Shown piece after piece: positions 61,401 to 64,000 of a DNA stretch of 64,000 nt. The notes under the pieces are model-generated. The model saw nothing but the letters and a program-made list of their open reading frames with translations, did not search any database and had not been told where the DNA came from. Location: contig ML996700.1 of assembly GCA_010356995.1 (NCBI GenBank), positions 124,001 through 188,000 on the forward strand, given 5' to 3'. This DNA comes from Trichodelitschia bisporula. Its lineage: Eukaryota. Numbering within the stretch: the stretch's first letter is position 1; each line of letters opens with the position of its first letter. Position numbers and translations under genes: made by a program.

Positions 61401-64000
61401 AAGAGCTGAAAGTGCAAGACAGCTGCAACGGGAACCGGATTTCCAATCTTGACGTTCGAAGCGAAAAGTTTATGCGGAAGCGGTGTGACGGGAAACTGCA
61501 CACAAAGCCGCACATGGGGGCCAATCCTGCGCGCCCGGCGCGGCTATTCGCGTCCTCCGCTGACTGCCGCGCCGCTTGGGATAAATGAATACTCGGGCAG
61601 CAGACGAACCATCAACAGAGTACCCGATTTGCTGTTTGATGCATGTTGGCGGCGGGTAGGATGCCCCAGCGGCCTGAACCTCGTTTTGCGGAGATCCACA
61701 CCGTGCATGCTCACGATAGGCGAGGTTGCGTACTGTATCCCATTCCTGTACAGTGTGGACGGCAGGCCCATCACCAACCGAGGAAGGATGAGGAAGGATG
61801 CTGCCACCGTTCTTGGGGATGTTGGTGGAGGCCGCCCAACGAATTCTGGGAATCGTTAGACGCCCAGTTTGCCCCTGAGTTCGCGATGCAGAGTACCGTA
61901 CACAGCCGACGGTGCAGCCGATCTGGAATCGGGCGATGTGCATTTTCAGGTGTGGTGAGCACCGTCGTTCAGCAAGACCGCCAACGGCATGGCGAAGTGT
62001 GTCCTGATTCATAGGGCGACGGCAATAACGGCGGGGTTGAAGGTGCAGAGGGAGGGGTAGTTCCAGCTCAGTATCGATAAGCCGCAAGAGTGGAAGCAAT
62101 CTCTCCCGACGAACCCCAGGCTCAGGCAAGAGACAAGCGGTGAGATGTGCAAAGCGACGACGCGATGCTCCCATTCGGCGATGGAGTTGAATATCGTGTC
62201 TTTCGATGGAACAACCAGGCACATGGCCTCGGTACCCGTAGACAGCAGCCGCCGCACTGAGCGGAGATGAGGCTCCCCCCCAATCACGATGTCAACCGAG
62301 CATTTTCGACCTCCGTCCCAAGGTCAACGGACGCTCCGCGTGGCTGAAGGATGCAAGTACCGTACTGATACCATGGGCTCTGGGGATTCCGGGTTCACGG
62401 TCGCGGATCGTTCCTTTCGGCGACTCCAGAAGTCCCCGTTTAACGTTTCTGTTCACACGCGAGGGCACAAAGATTGACCGGTCACGATGAGCTCATTTGC
62501 CGCGCTGGTGGTTGCACAGCGCCCGCGGGAGTGGCAGGATGCAGCAGTGATCACGCATAGCGGCGGTCGCTGACCAACGACGCATCGCGGCCGAGGCTCC
62601 CAAGGCTGCGAGGAGGGGGACTCAGATCTGCATGGCGGGTGTCTGCCGTCTCTCCACAGCGGGGTGTGCCAATATTATCACCCCTTCGCTCAGACACACG
62701 CGGTGCCGTGGGCAGCCGATGGCACTTCCCATGCAAAGTCGTCACCACGGTAGTCCCTTGACGGAAGCCGGCAACTAGCCTTCTCCATAATTGCGAGTCA
62801 TAGTTGCTTTTCCCAACGGTCTTTGTGCCGCCAAGTGCGACCGATGTCCGATGACACAATCGCCGGAGATTCTCCCTGAGAAGGTGATCCATGGACGTTG
62901 TACAGTACCAATAGATTGATAGCCGAACTGATAGCTGATACTGTGGCCTTCTTGACTCGAGGCGTAACGATTTCGATAATTTTAGTCTTCTTTAGTCTTT
63001 CGGCTACGGCGACGCGGCGTCGATGTCGTGGAAAAGTGACGGGCCTTGGTAAAATTTGAACTCCCGTTCGCGAGGTCTGATGACCTAAGCCACGCAGTGT
63101 GGAAGGGGGAGAGATAGCAAGTCAAGCTTTGGAACGAGCGCCGTGGCTTTTACGTGGCTTAGGGTCAGCGCACAAGCGGATGTGTCTGCGCTGGAATTCC
63201 ATTTGCCCAGATCAACATATGCCGGTTGAGGGGCCGTGCGTCTCCCGCCGAAAAAGGAAGCAAATCCTATCCGTCAAAGCTAGAACCTTTCCTAACTAGC
63301 GCTATATGGCGCAGTTCACAACCTCGCAAGTTCTTGCTTGCAAAAGACCCAAGTGAAAAGGCGCCGGCCGTTAATCTGACCTTCCTTGCTAACGATCCAA
63401 TAGCACGACACCCGTGCCGTTTCGCTCCCCCAAGAGAATGCGGGCCTTGTGCCCAATAAGGAACGTCTCCTGAGCAGGGCGAACGCCGTAAGCCTTATCA
63501 TTTCCAGAAAAACCCCAGGCTGCCAAAGAGACCCAGAAGAATCATGAAGTCCCAGCTGGAAAAGAGCGGAGAGGGATTGAGCCGCGTGAGGGTCTTAGTT
63601 TCAACTCCGGCCTATCGGAGCTTACAGCCTAGGATGCGAAGCCATGCAACAGCGGGCCCCGTAAGTTGAGAAGGCGAAGTGAGAGTTCGTTTGAGCAGAC
63701 GCTCAAAAAGCCAAAGGGACACTACGGGCGGCCGGCGGCAATCAAGATTAAACCTGCGCTTGCGGCTTGAAGAAGTGGAGGTTTGTTGGACCGCGTGCAG
63801 CCGGCCTGTGCCGCTTGGGACGGATACCGTAGTATGTGGGTGATGCCTGTGGTGGAGTCGCGCGAGCCACATCCCTGGACAGCACGGTAAACTGGAGACA
63901 TTGCACGAGATCTGCACATCAACATCTCACGTTCCCGCTCTGATATTTTCGTCATGGCTCCGAGCCGGGCGTTCGAGTGGCTTCGAGCCCGATCTTCTAG

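Overview
Gene-dense, intron-containing chromosomal DNA from a filamentous ascomycete (Pezizomycotina): short GT..AG introns with CTRAC/CTRAT branch sites. About 28 protein-coding genes are supportable. Housekeeping genes include a Nop8-like RRM protein, COX14, PFK, RPC31, DPM1, PAF1, TRM1, an SR140/U2SURP-like splicing factor, a metallophosphoesterase, NAPE-PLD, TYR1, RPS14 and AAR2. There are several secreted/GPI-type genes and a divergent choline oxidase / betaine-aldehyde dehydrogenase pair. Main observations: (1) a fungal NLR-type (HET-E/HNWD-like) WD40 module sits, apparently in frame, inside the SR140/U2SURP gene, spanning a 740-N gap whose size fits about 7 repeats in total; (2) a snR13-like box C/D snoRNA lies in TYR1 intron 1, apparently within a nested intron; (3) TRM1 has an AUG-less, mitochondrial-presequence-like N-terminal extension; (4) both glycine-betaine enzymes end in PTS1-like tripeptides; (5) a dense TAC[C/G]GTA motif cluster lies upstream of PFK. 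The last ~5.5 kb has no gene I can support. All family calls come from motif recognition and recall; no database search was run.
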